From positions 1 through 64,000 of the forward strand of contig CAXXFV010000019.1 in NCBI GenBank assembly GCA_963674595.2: DNA of 64,000 nucleotides. The letters run 5' to 3'. Position numbers and translations under genes: made by a program. This document shows positions 9,673-20,003 of this stretch, piece by piece (position 1 is the stretch's first letter; the number at the start of each line of letters is the position of its first letter). The DNA is from a bacterium (lineage in GTDB: Bacteria; Zhuqueibacterota; Zhuqueibacteria; Residuimicrobiales; Krinioviventaceae). The notes beneath the pieces were generated by a model, which was not told the origin of the DNA, made no database searches, and saw only the letters and a program-made list of their open reading frames with translations.

Positions 9673-10251
9673 TCAAAAATTCAACTTTATTTTACTACAA
9701 TGAATAAATTCGCTTATTTTGCTTTTTTTTACGTCAACATAAAAAGTCATAATTGAATTAAATGGACCGGACGCCAGTCCGTCTCCATGATATATATATG
9801 GATGCAGCGGTGCATATTCTTTAACACCTAAAGCCACATCATTCTTGCTCTCAACAGGGTGAAAATCTGATAATTTTAGACCTTCAGGCAAATTTTCAAA
9901 CAACTGTTTACATAACTGTGATTGACTTTCATTGTAAAGATGAAAACTGAATGTGAATTCGGCGTGTTTAATAACGCGATTGGATTCAATTTTTACAGTG
10001 GCTAAAGATTCTGTTTTTTCGAGTGCTGTTTGTATCCCGGAAACAAATTCAGAGGGAATACAAACATGGGTATGGCAATCCAGGTCAAGGATTTCTCTAA
10101 CCATCTCGCCAATTGTTTCTCGTTTTATGTCAAATTTCTTGTGGAAAAAAAACGGTATGTCTTTGCCGCTTCCCTGAATAAACCCCAGTAAAAATCCTTT
10201 AACCAAAATATGAGGTGCTGTCAAGATCAATTCTGAATATTGTGTCCGCAT
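9673..10251 (-). CDS. Hypothetical protein
   Basis: 192-aa ORF with GGAGG RBS; no motif recognised. Confidence 0.7.
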   Translation of the reverse strand: MRTQYSELILTAPHILVKGFLLGFIQGSGKDIPFFFHKKFDIKRETIGEMVREILDLDCHTHVCIPSEFVSGIQTALEKTESLATVKIESNRVIKHAEFTFSFHLYNESQSQLCKQLFENLPEGLKLSDFHPVESKNDVALGVKEYAPLHPYIYHGDGLASGPFNSIMTFYVDVKKSKISEFIHCSKIKLNF

Positions 10252-10425
10252 GACAAACCTCCATTTAATAAACTAAAACGGCTGTTTTATCATAATAAAA
10301 TTAATTTTTCCGGCGGCACACGAATTATCTAAACACGCAGTCTGTTGTCGCTAATACCATATACTAAAACCTAAAATAAATAACGACAATTCCCAAAATA
10401 TTTACTTTTTTTTATTATATAAACA

Positions 10426-10459
10426 ATACGACCGGCTTTGACATAAAAACCGGTCGTAT
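10426..10459 (-). terminator. Hairpin after the FG-GAP gene, probable terminator
   Basis: ATACGACCGG...CCGGTCGTAT inverted repeat just downstream of the stop at 10475. Confidence 0.5.
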
Positions 10460-10474
10460 AATTTTCATTTTGCA

Positions 10475-12436
10475 TTATTGAGGATAATTATTTTTTATAT
10501 AGTAGAAAAATCCACCTTCAGCGCCGATTAACAAATCCGGGATGCCATTTTTGTCCCAATCGACCACTGTTGGACTGGTTGTGTGTCCGGCAAGAACATG
10601 ATCGGAAACAGGCCCTATATCTCTGAAAACAAACTCATTCCCGTTTTCTGCTGTATTTATCAAAACATTGATATTTTTACTGTTGATCAGCAGGTCTAAT
10701 TTCCCGTCCCCATTCCAGTCCGTAAAACACAATTTTCGCCGGCCGCTTTTACCGGCTTGCCCGTCATTGAGCTGTAAAACACCCGGTTTTTCATCAACTA
10801 TTCTTCCCCCCCTGTCATAAACGCTTGCAGTTTGAGATTTAAAAATCCGTTTTGGAGGCAGTAATAAAAGTTGATTGTCCTTTTTTATCCGTTCAAAAAA
10901 TGCCGGATAGCCCTCATAATCAAGCATGACCAGATCATTCAAACCATCTTTATTTAAATCAATGACAACCGGTGTTGTTCGCCATTGGGTGGCTAACTCT
11001 TTCCCAACCGGATTCCACCAGAACCATTCCGGTTTTTGCGGTCCGTCTTCCGATTCGACCAAAATCGGCTGCGCGGCCGCTAACTGCGGATTGTCCTGAG
11101 TTCCGATGTTTTTATACCATACTACTTTACCCCAAATCGAATTAACAATAATATCCAATAAACCATCCTGGTCCCAGTCCGCCACAGACAGTGTTGTATA
11201 ACCCCACTTTGCTTCACAGGGTCCCTGAATGGAACCGTTATATCCGGCCTGTATACGAATAATCTCTCCGTCAGCCTCAAGATATTTCGGTTTTGCCCAT
11301 TTGGGTGGATTCCCGCCGTCGAGATTTTCGATAAACCCGATATATCCGGCCGTATTGCCGCATATCAAATCTTCATCGCCGTCGCTGTCCCAATCAACAC
11401 TCCAGGGCGTTGCCAGCGCACCGAACTTTAATTCATCTGCCTGCTGCTGAAAAAATAGCGGCTTTTTAAATTGAGGTAATCCGTCAACAACCTGACCTGT
11501 ATGTTCCAGGAAAGCGACCCTGCCATCCTCTTCCCCGACAATCAAATCCGTATCACCGTCCTTGTCCCAGTCTATTGCCACCGGAATAATCATTTCCAGG
11601 TCCATTTTAATCACTTGCTGATCAGCAGTTAAAAACCGTCCGGGAGCAAATTTCGGCTCTGTTTTTGAACCCATGTTTTCAAAATAGGTTAACCTGTCCA
11701 GAAACTCGCCGCACATCAAATCCAAATCACCGTCATTATCAAAATCAGCAAAATTGGGTGACGGCATGCCATAAACATCAATCTCTTTACCGTCGGCTTT
11801 TAATTTTAACGGATCTGCATAGTTTGGTTCTTTATCGCTGCCTTTGTTTTCCAGCCAGTAAACATAACCATGCAAAGGCCCGCGGGTCCATTTACCGGTT
11901 TGGTCAAAGGCATTGTCCCAGCCATATTCCGTCCAGTCTCCCACACCGATAATAATATCTGTGTTTCCATCTCCGTTCAAATCACAATACCGCCACTGAT
12001 TTGCCCGTACCGTATTTTCATGAATATTGTCTGTTTTATAAATATCTCTCATTTCGGTAAAATTGGTAAACTCTGTCAATTCTTTACCGGGAATTAAAAT
12101 ATGTACCTGATCATTTATATAGGAAGGCATAATGTTTCGATAAGCATTGGCCAGACGCACACCAGGTTTAAAAACCGGCATTTTGGCATCACCTTTGGTA
12201 TTTTCAAAAAAGTAAATGCCGTTATTCGGTTTATCCGGACAATTAACAAGCAGATCATAGTCCCCGTCCTTATCATAATCCATAGGGATGGGCCAGGCCC
12301 ACAATCCCACACCCAGATCAACAACAAGGCCGGGATTGTTATATTTTACCCTTACAAGCTGTTCTTTTTCCGGTGGTTGACAGGAAGACGAAGACATTAT
12401 CAACATTAAAATTGAATAAATAAACAGCTTTTTCAT
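10475..12436 (-). CDS. FG-GAP/VCBS repeat lipoprotein
   Basis: Many DxD/NxDGxxDL Ca-binding repeats; lipoprotein-like signal ending in SSSC. Confidence 0.85.
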   Translation of the reverse strand: MKKLFIYSILMLIMSSSSCQPPEKEQLVRVKYNNPGLVVDLGVGLWAWPIPMDYDKDGDYDLLVNCPDKPNNGIYFFENTKGDAKMPVFKPGVRLANAYRNIMPSYINDQVHILIPGKELTEFTNFTEMRDIYKTDNIHENTVRANQWRYCDLNGDGNTDIIIGVGDWTEYGWDNAFDQTGKWTRGPLHGYVYWLENKGSDKEPNYADPLKLKADGKEIDVYGMPSPNFADFDNDGDLDLMCGEFLDRLTYFENMGSKTEPKFAPGRFLTADQQVIKMDLEMIIPVAIDWDKDGDTDLIVGEEDGRVAFLEHTGQVVDGLPQFKKPLFFQQQADELKFGALATPWSVDWDSDGDEDLICGNTAGYIGFIENLDGGNPPKWAKPKYLEADGEIIRIQAGYNGSIQGPCEAKWGYTTLSVADWDQDGLLDIIVNSIWGKVVWYKNIGTQDNPQLAAAQPILVESEDGPQKPEWFWWNPVGKELATQWRTTPVVIDLNKDGLNDLVMLDYEGYPAFFERIKKDNQLLLLPPKRIFKSQTASVYDRGGRIVDEKPGVLQLNDGQAGKSGRRKLCFTDWNGDGKLDLLINSKNINVLINTAENGNEFVFRDIGPVSDHVLAGHTTSPTVVDWDKNGIPDLLIGAEGGFFYYIKNNYPQ

Positions 12437-15400
12437 TTACTTTTCCTCCGGTTTTAAGGGAATATTAATTATTTTCATAACGGATAGTTTTACCGGTCCA
12501 AGCAGTCCGGATGCCGGTAACGGCTTAAAACCAAATTCCCGGGGCAATTGGTTGCTTGGGGAAGGTCGTGGACCGTATAATGAGACCAAATCTTTTGGAA
12601 CAGGTACAGGTTCTTTTAACGATGAAACATAGTTAATTAATGTATTGGTGACATAAATTTCCAGTTCATTTTTACCGGAATGCAGGGCCCCGGTAACATC
12701 CAGTTTTTGGTTGCGCATCCAGACAGTCCCGATATGTTTACTATTTAAAACAATGTCTGCAATATTGCAAACCCGGCCAGGATCCAACATCACCTGAAAA
12801 TCCGGGCGAATATAATGAGCGGGACAATCAAATTTAATCCTGTATACACATTCACCGGAAAAATGACGAGTTGGCTTTATATCCGTCCATGATTCCAGCC
12901 CGGTCAGGGTCGTGTCAAATTCAGCAGAATATGTGCTTTTAAAATGCAGGTCCCACTCACCGGAAATAATAAAAGGTGCCGGAATATCATCCACACCCAT
13001 ATTTACCTGTTCATTTCTTTTCGCAAAATGTACGTCCGCTGTAAACGTACCGTTTGTCAGAGCACCGGCAACCATTTTCCCCGGTAGCAGGGAAAAAATT
13101 TCATCAAAATTTGTTTTGGTAACACAACCTGTTTCTCCGGGTTCAAACATGAGAATAAAAGACGCATAGGGAGCCATTTTTAACGGAACTGTCACTCCTT
13201 GTTCTGTTTTCCGCAGGGTATATACATTCGAAATCCGACCGTTACAGGGATCCCATTTGGAAACGTTACAGTTATGCACCCGAAAAGTAACCGGCATATC
13301 AACAGAACGGTCCTGGGTATTGGCAACAAAATAAATATCAATATTTTTAGATTTTCGATGCAGATAAGACAATCCTTCATTTTCACGAAGGTCTTCATGT
13401 GCGAAATTTATTGAAAAATCCGGTGAAACATGTTGTTTCAACGTTTTAATAAACGGGTCCAGAATATGGCTGCGGCGGTCCCACCATATTTTTCGATCTA
13501 AAACATTTTTAATATGATAGGTATGTCCCTGACCATATTTTTTCTCTGCCGTTCCATCACTTCCGACCGGTTCATCAAACATCCCGGCAACAATCATTTG
13601 GACGGCGCTGTCATTGTCTCTATAATTTTCAAATCCGATTGAAAATTCAGGAACACGTTCCAGGGCGATCACTGTTCCGCCGTTTCGAACGTATTGTTCA
13701 ATGACTTTTAACGTTTCAAGCGGCAAACTGGTAATATTGGGCAGGATTAATATTTTATATTCCTGGTTGCGGATTTTAATCACATCTTTTTCATATAAAA
13801 CCAGATTTTGTAAAGCATCGTCGTTCAGCAAATCAAAGTCATAGCCGTTGGACAGGATCAATTTCCCCAATTCTCCCCAGTCAAACTCACGGGTCCATTT
13901 ACGCGGATTTAAAACATCTATAGTCCATTGATTTGCCAGGGGAGAATAAACGGCAATATCAGCAACAAAATCTCCCTGTCTTAGAAAATACGAAGCCCTG
14001 GCAATATATTGCGATAAAAGCAGATAATATTTCCACCAGATATTTTGATGATTGATAACAGCCGCAAACCCGATTGTGCGGGAAGGGCAAACCAGTATTT
14101 CCGGAGAAAAACAATAACCGTGATTATAAAATTTTGTTGCACCGGAACGCAAATAACCATCACTGGCTATTTTAAGTTCCTCCAAAGTCGCCCGATAGCG
14201 ACGCCAATGCATAAAAGTAAAAGCTTCCGTAGAAATAACATCTCGCCCATAAATATGGGCACCGGAAGCGACGTATTTTTTGGGCCCGATGCGGGTATCA
14301 AACCAATCCGCCGCGTCCTTTTCTCCCGGGGTAATTTCCATTTCCGGGATAGGCGTACGTCCGCTTGCCTGAATATTGTCTGTGGTAAATCCATAAGCCT
14401 GAATACGACCTTTTACTCCGTTTTTCTCACATTCTGTTAAAAACGTTTCAAAAAACGCTTCCATGCCGATTTTATGAAGAAACTCGTTTACATCATAACG
14501 AATTTTCGGTGTAATATTTTCAACGTTCCACCATAAGGCCGGAAGAAAAGGGACCAAATCGTAGCCGTTAAGCTGTTTAAACCTGGGCAGCAATCCTTCG
14601 CTCCAGTAAATACCGCTTGCCAGATTGGCCAGTTCAAAACTATCACAAAAAAAGGAATCAATTGTTTTGCCAAATTCCTCACCGACGGCATTTTTATACA
14701 AACTGAACAAAAAGCGGCAATAACGCTGCATGGCGTCTTTGTTAAAATGGTCCACAGCGTTACCAATACCGTTTTTCTTTAACCAGAAAGCCATGATACG
14801 CCAGGTCCCGTCCGGTACCTTCCAGGTTAGTTTGTTATTCACAACCTTGTTTGTCAACACAGTTAAAGAGGATTGTAGAATCACCCCGTTTTCCAGCTTG
14901 CCGGCAACGACCGCCAAAAGACGTTCAGTTCCGTCAAGCTCCGGAGAATAGTGTTCCCATGAGCGTTTTGTTTTGATGAGCTTTTGCGGCAGCAGATCAT
15001 CATAAAGAGCAGGGCCTTTTACCTCAATAAAAGTGGGGACCATATCTTTACTTTTATCAGCATCGGCAATCCACTCACCGCCGATAATCCAGCCCGGCCC
15101 GCCGAAATTAAAAGAAACTTCCAGTCCCAATCGTTTGGCTTCTTTGACCGTATGCCTGACCATTTCAAAATATTCATCGGAAAGATAGGGTTTGTTGCCT
15201 TTTTCGTAAACAGCCCCCATAGTTATCTGTTCAACACCGCCGATACCCTTTTCTTTCATTTCTTCCAGTTGAAAGGTAATATCCTCCAGCGTACCGGCAT
15301 TTCCCATCCACCACCAACGGGTGTGCGGTCGGCAGTCCATTGGCGGATTTTTAAAATTTTCTATCAGTTGTGATCTTTGCGGCTCATCTCCGAAAGAGAT

Positions 15401-15460
15401 TTGGTAAAACACAAACAACAATAGAACAAAGGCCGTTCGGTATAAATATTTTACTACCAT
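12437..15460 (-). CDS. Glycoside hydrolase family 106-like (alpha-L-rhamnosidase-like)
   Basis: RPHTRWWWMGN, GIGGVE, FFCDSFE, ASGAHIYGR..STEAFT, GYDFDLLN, C-terminal SGLLGPV; signal peptide. Confidence 0.8.
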   Translation of the reverse strand: MVVKYLYRTAFVLLLFVFYQISFGDEPQRSQLIENFKNPPMDCRPHTRWWWMGNAGTLEDITFQLEEMKEKGIGGVEQITMGAVYEKGNKPYLSDEYFEMVRHTVKEAKRLGLEVSFNFGGPGWIIGGEWIADADKSKDMVPTFIEVKGPALYDDLLPQKLIKTKRSWEHYSPELDGTERLLAVVAGKLENGVILQSSLTVLTNKVVNNKLTWKVPDGTWRIMAFWLKKNGIGNAVDHFNKDAMQRYCRFLFSLYKNAVGEEFGKTIDSFFCDSFELANLASGIYWSEGLLPRFKQLNGYDLVPFLPALWWNVENITPKIRYDVNEFLHKIGMEAFFETFLTECEKNGVKGRIQAYGFTTDNIQASGRTPIPEMEITPGEKDAADWFDTRIGPKKYVASGAHIYGRDVISTEAFTFMHWRRYRATLEELKIASDGYLRSGATKFYNHGYCFSPEILVCPSRTIGFAAVINHQNIWWKYYLLLSQYIARASYFLRQGDFVADIAVYSPLANQWTIDVLNPRKWTREFDWGELGKLILSNGYDFDLLNDDALQNLVLYEKDVIKIRNQEYKILILPNITSLPLETLKVIEQYVRNGGTVIALERVPEFSIGFENYRDNDSAVQMIVAGMFDEPVGSDGTAEKKYGQGHTYHIKNVLDRKIWWDRRSHILDPFIKTLKQHVSPDFSINFAHEDLRENEGLSYLHRKSKNIDIYFVANTQDRSVDMPVTFRVHNCNVSKWDPCNGRISNVYTLRKTEQGVTVPLKMAPYASFILMFEPGETGCVTKTNFDEIFSLLPGKMVAGALTNGTFTADVHFAKRNEQVNMGVDDIPAPFIISGEWDLHFKSTYSAEFDTTLTGLESWTDIKPTRHFSGECVYRIKFDCPAHYIRPDFQVMLDPGRVCNIADIVLNSKHIGTVWMRNQKLDVTGALHSGKNELEIYVTNTLINYVSSLKEPVPVPKDLVSLYGPRPSPSNQLPREFGFKPLPASGLLGPVKLSVMKIINIPLKPEEK

Positions 15461-15588
15461 CCTGCCTCCCTGGTCTTAAAAAATACAGGTTCTTTTTCAA
15501 AAATCCTGTACATTTTAAGACCGGAAATAATTTACTTTTTAAACAATAGCATAATATTAAATCCCCGCTCCTTTAATAGATAACAATA

Positions 15589-17781
15589 TTATTTATTTAA
15601 AAGCCAGCCCGATAAAACCTCATATTCATTCTCATAAGCTTGCAGTTGTTTAATCTGCAAATCATCATCTGCTGTTTTTTCAATATAGGCCTTTTTTGCA
15701 AATTCCAGCGTTTTATTGACATTTGCAGAATCAGCACGCTGTCCCAAATGGTCTGTGGCGTTGACATAAAACAATTGTCTTGGCGCCAACAGCGCTGCCA
15801 AATCCGGCAGGTCGTAAAATTCAAGCGCTTTGGGTACGGTTGTCGGAATAAAATTCGGTTTATAGAAACGATTTTCAACAATGGATGCAAAGGAAACATA
15901 GCCGTTGACAAGTGCGATGCGTTGAATAGACTCTTCAAATACGGCCGCATGCAACAAAGCCGTACACAGATCATCTTTGGCAACCGCTGAAATGTTATAC
16001 TCTTTATACTGATCATTTAATTTCAAGTAATGGACCAACTGTAAAATATCAGCGGCTTGTACACCAGTAATACTTTTTCCCAGACATATCGGCGTAAACC
16101 ATTTGTTATAGGAAATTTTCCCGATTTTAAAATTATAAGAGTCACCGCACTGCTCTCCGGGCCCTGTTTCACCATAGCCCAACAGATCCGGGGCCAATAC
16201 GGTAAAGCCCTGCTTAACAAGTTTATCAATATCCTTTTCCGGGGCAGCCTGGTCGCCCTTCCCTTTCGGATCAAGATAAAGAATTATTTCCTGACGATTA
16301 TTTTTTTTCGGGACAAAAAGTAAAAACGGTATTTGGTAATTTCCCTGACCGTTTGTATAAAACATTTCAACCGAATAATCATCACGATTATAGCGCCCGG
16401 CAAAACAAACAGGTAAACTCTTGAAATCTTTCGGAATCTCTAAAAGCTTACCGAGGCGGGACCGAACGTCTTTTAAAAACGCTGCATTGTTATTCCTGGC
16501 ATTTTCCAAATCTGCCAACTGTACTGCGGTTTCCTTTTTATTCAATGAAAAAATTGTTTCACCGCCCAGAGATGTAGATACCTGGCCCGTAGATGTTACA
16601 CGCAACTCTTTATCGGTTAATAAAGTCACATCATCACCCTGACTGCTACCCGGCAGATTTAAATATTTTTGAAAAAAGGCATACATGGCCTCTCTGTTCT
16701 TTTTCGTTGAAGCATGAACATTATCATCTTCTACCATCATAAAATTATCATCAGCATCAAAAGCCTGATAACCCCGACGGACCTCAGATGCGGTTTCTCT
16801 GGCGCCTTGAATGGAGAAAAAGTCGCGGGTTGTTGTTATCATCAATGCCGGTTTTGGCGCGTGGGCCAACAACAGATCAGCATGATCAATTCCCCTGGAA
16901 ATGCCGGCGTAAAAGTTTTGTTCCGCATCCTGGGGACCACGTGTTTGCCACAATCGACGTAAACTGGTTATAAAACACTCCGGAGCAGCCGCAAAAATAC
17001 GGTCATCAAAAGCAGCGATATATGAGGACTGTGTACCACCGCCGGACCGACCGGTGATGCCGATCCGCTTCGGGTCCACTTCCTTTCGTGACAGCAAATA
17101 GTCAACAGTTCGGATACCGTCCCAAATCATATAACGCGCCAAAGAACGACCGGCAATAAAACACTGCGCGCCCGGATAAGAGTGTTCCAAAGTCGGCCCG
17201 CCGATAAGAGATTCACCCAAAGCCGCATCAAAATATTGCAATCGTTCACCCTGTCCAACCGGGTCAAATGCCAAAACAATAAAATCCTTTTTAACCAAGT
17301 TCAATATGACCCGCTGATAGGTTGCACTGCGAAACGCATTACTACTATGGCCACTGCAATAAATAACTGCCGGCGTTTTACCATCCCTGTTATTGGGAAT
17401 AAACATACAAGCCGTTACGTAATTACCCGGCATGGACTCGTAAACAATTTTTTCAATACGGTAATTTTGTTTTTTCAGGACCCCCAAAACTTTGGAATTT
17501 AATGGTGTTTTTTGTGGAAAAGGCCCGATTATGTCCTGTAATAATTCCTTTACTTTATCTTGCCTTTGCTGCCAATCCTGCTTGGTTTTTAGAGAAGCGA
17601 TTTCAGTTTCCCGTACTTTCCAACAGGCTTCAGCCTGGTCAAGGAAATAATGGTACATAGAGTTTTCAATATCTGTATAGCCAAGGTGCCCTTTTAAAAT
17701 TGAAAAGTCGTTATTTTGTGACTTTGTAATATTAACAATTCCAAGTAATAATACAAGTAATAGAATCCATCTAAATTTCAC
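15589..17781 (-). CDS. Secreted alpha/beta hydrolase (acetylxylan esterase-like)
   Basis: EKIVYESMPG, DPVGQGER, nucleophile elbow TGRSGGG, DAEQN; GTG start with GGGAG RBS. Confidence 0.85.
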   Translation of the reverse strand: MKFRWILLLVLLLGIVNITKSQNNDFSILKGHLGYTDIENSMYHYFLDQAEACWKVRETEIASLKTKQDWQQRQDKVKELLQDIIGPFPQKTPLNSKVLGVLKKQNYRIEKIVYESMPGNYVTACMFIPNNRDGKTPAVIYCSGHSSNAFRSATYQRVILNLVKKDFIVLAFDPVGQGERLQYFDAALGESLIGGPTLEHSYPGAQCFIAGRSLARYMIWDGIRTVDYLLSRKEVDPKRIGITGRSGGGTQSSYIAAFDDRIFAAAPECFITSLRRLWQTRGPQDAEQNFYAGISRGIDHADLLLAHAPKPALMITTTRDFFSIQGARETASEVRRGYQAFDADDNFMMVEDDNVHASTKKNREAMYAFFQKYLNLPGSSQGDDVTLLTDKELRVTSTGQVSTSLGGETIFSLNKKETAVQLADLENARNNNAAFLKDVRSRLGKLLEIPKDFKSLPVCFAGRYNRDDYSVEMFYTNGQGNYQIPFLLFVPKKNNRQEIILYLDPKGKGDQAAPEKDIDKLVKQGFTVLAPDLLGYGETGPGEQCGDSYNFKIGKISYNKWFTPICLGKSITGVQAADILQLVHYLKLNDQYKEYNISAVAKDDLCTALLHAAVFEESIQRIALVNGYVSFASIVENRFYKPNFIPTTVPKALEFYDLPDLAALLAPRQLFYVNATDHLGQRADSANVNKTLEFAKKAYIEKTADDDLQIKQLQAYENEYEVLSGWLLNK

Positions 17782-18063
17782 AATTTACTCCCTAAAAAAT
17801 TTATATTTCCCAAAAAGATTTTTTGCACCAAACAGCAGACTTTTTCCAACCAGCTTGTAATAATCAAAAAAAAATTCCGAACAATCGTCATTTAAAGCTG
17901 CAGACGGGAAAAAACACCTTTTAATCTTCATGGCACTTGCTTTTCCTTGACTTGAATCTAATTATCAGGAACAATTTAATATAACAAGAAAATGAATGAT
18001 TTAAAAGAAATCTTGTGTTTTTTTCTAAAAACCCCCTTGAAAAGAAAAAAATAGATTAGTTTC

Positions 18064-18092
18064 TTGACTTTTAAAACGAATTTATGTAAAAT
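18064..18092 (+). promoter_or_regulatory. Near-consensus sigma70-type promoter with no downstream + strand gene
   Basis: TTGACT (18064-18069), 17 nt, TAAAAT (18087-18092), with A-tracts upstream. Confidence 0.5.
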
Positions 18093-18095
18093 TTT

Positions 18096-18170
18096 ACATG
18101 TTTAAAAAATCATATCAGCAGGTGAGTTTGGGGATCCCTGGGTTGAAATGCTGATAGTTTTTTAACATGT
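18096..18170. other. Long imperfect hairpin (candidate sRNA, or 3' structure of the DUF4835 mRNA)
   Basis: ACATGTTTAAAAAATCATATCAGCA pairs with TGCTGATAGTTTTTTAACATGT around a G-rich inner segment. Confidence 0.4.
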
Positions 18171-19036
18171 TAATCTCTTAAATAACCTTCATAAAGTCGT
18201 TTTCGGGCAGCATCATTATCAATGACCATGAGTGTTCTCAGGGCATCTTTATTAATGGCGCGTTTAAATATTTCAATAATTTCCAAATGGTGGGCCTGGA
18301 TAAATTTTTGAGCATATTCATTTTCAGGATCGTCGGTTAAAATTTTATCGAGCATTTTAATGGCTGTTGCACAATTACGACGGGCTTTTTCATTATCCTG
18401 ATTAACCAGAGATAAACCATAAAAATAATAATCAACCATTTCACGATAGGGTTTATGAAAATCACTCATCAATTCCTCAAGCAAATCCAGACGGCGGTCC
18501 CATCCATAAACAAACCGTCCCATACCCGATCGTGCCATTTCAGCGATATGTTTGGCTTTTTCAAAATATCGTGTTCCGGCAAGTGTACCCCATTTGTCAT
18601 ATTCACCACCCAAAATAATATAAAGATAAAACTCTATAACACTGGTGAAAGAGTCTTTATCATTTTCAATGTACATAATATCATCACCACTCTGGTATGC
18701 AAAACGCCAGCGTTTATCAAAGTATTGAAGATCATAATTATTGTGGATAAGAATTTGTGCGTTATATCGTTCTTCAGCGCCGGTGCTGATATCTTCCAGT
18801 AACAGTTCGATATCAACGGCGACGATTGTCTGCCATTCATTATCAGACCAGTCGTGACTATTGATAAAATGCTCAATTTTTTCAGCAAAATCAGCTAGTT
18901 TTCGTTTTTTTTCTTCAGACAGTTTTTCGTTATTTAATTTTACACGCGCCTCTATTCGCTGGGCCTGAGCTACATTGACAAAAATTTGACAACATAAAAA
19001 AACAGCAACCATGATTTTTATAGGGTGAAAAGTCAT
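18170..19036 (-). CDS. DUF4835 family protein (T9SS PorD-like)
   Basis: FINSHDW, FDKRWRFAY, FYLYIILGGEYD..GTRYFEKA, GW..R motifs; GGAG RBS before ATG 19036. Confidence 0.7.
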   Translation of the reverse strand: MTFHPIKIMVAVFLCCQIFVNVAQAQRIEARVKLNNEKLSEEKKRKLADFAEKIEHFINSHDWSDNEWQTIVAVDIELLLEDISTGAEERYNAQILIHNNYDLQYFDKRWRFAYQSGDDIMYIENDKDSFTSVIEFYLYIILGGEYDKWGTLAGTRYFEKAKHIAEMARSGMGRFVYGWDRRLDLLEELMSDFHKPYREMVDYYFYGLSLVNQDNEKARRNCATAIKMLDKILTDDPENEYAQKFIQAHHLEIIEIFKRAINKDALRTLMVIDNDAARKRLYEGYLRD

Positions 19037-20000
19037 GAAAAACTCCAAGTATGTATTTATTAAACCAAATTTATGGCGGTTTCGATCAGCAATCAATGCT
19101 CCTGACAAGCGTTATAATATCTCTTTTTTTCATCATTTTGTCAAGCATTTAGTTTATAATCATAAACGCTTTTGTGTAAACATTCGTTCCCCTCTTTTTT
19201 ATGTCTTGTTTATTACGCTGATAACAACAACTGCCTATCCTATGGAAGATATGATTATCGGCGCAAAACCTGCAAGTTTAGCCGGGGCTTTTACAGCACA
19301 AAAAAATGAAGTTCTGTGTATGTTTTACAATCCGGCAGGTATAAAATCATCCTGCTACCTTCAATCCGCTTTTTCCTATTCAAAACCATTTGGACTGCAG
19401 GATTTAAGCAGAGGTTTTGCCGCTTTTGCCCTCTCCACAAATTCATACACTATTGCCTCGGCATTACAAAATTTTGGTAATAATATATACCAGGAAAATA
19501 TTTTTTATCTCTCTTTGCAGCGAGATATGGTCAAACAGGTCTCATTTGGTGTGAATATCCGTTACTACCATCTTAAAATCAGTAAATACGGGCAGGATTC
19601 TTCATTGTTATATGATATGGGTGTTCTGGCACACATATCCCCAAACCTGGATTTGGGATTCTATATAAAAAACATCACCTATGCAACGTTGGGCAAATCT
19701 GATCAAAATTTTCCTCAAATATTATCAACCGGTTTAAGATACAGTTTGCAGCCGTTTTTTGCATTCTCAGTTGACTGCTACAAAGATATTGATTTTCCAT
19801 TGGATGTTCGGTTCGGTACGGAATTTTCACCTATAAATCCGCTCTGTTTTAATGCTGGTGCGGCAACAGAACCAACTCGGTTTGCAGTCGGATTTAATTT
19901 TAAAATTTCCCAACTTGTTTTAGAATATGCTTACAATTATCACCTGGAATTGAATGTCACTCACCTTTTTACAATCAAATTTTTTATAAAACAGGGATAA
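19035..20000 (+). CDS. PorV/PorQ-like outer-membrane beta-barrel protein (true start probably ~19170-19242)
   Basis: GAKPASLAGAFTA..FYNPAG N-terminal motif, amphipathic strands, C-terminal HLELNVTHLFTI; the ORF-track start collides with the opposite gene. Confidence 0.65.
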   Translation: MKNSKYVFIKPNLWRFRSAINAPDKRYNISFFHHFVKHLVYNHKRFCVNIRSPLFYVLFITLITTTAYPMEDMIIGAKPASLAGAFTAQKNEVLCMFYNPAGIKSSCYLQSAFSYSKPFGLQDLSRGFAAFALSTNSYTIASALQNFGNNIYQENIFYLSLQRDMVKQVSFGVNIRYYHLKISKYGQDSSLLYDMGVLAHISPNLDLGFYIKNITYATLGKSDQNFPQILSTGLRYSLQPFFAFSVDCYKDIDFPLDVRFGTEFSPINPLCFNAGAATEPTRFAVGFNFKISQLVLEYAYNYHLELNVTHLFTIKFFIKQG

Positions 20001-20003
20001 AAC

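Noticed and set aside
17785-17931. 48-codon Phe-rich ORF (minus strand) in frame with and just upstream of the esterase; possible leader peptide or readthrough
   Set aside because: Phe/Lys richness is expected from T/A runs, no attenuator structure is visible, and the esterase has its own RBS and signal peptide.
18096-18170. tRNA, SRP RNA or 6S RNA
   Set aside because: No cloverleaf (GGGTTGAAAT has no paired T-stem), no SRP GGAA loop motif, and too short for 6S. Kept only as an unclassified candidate.
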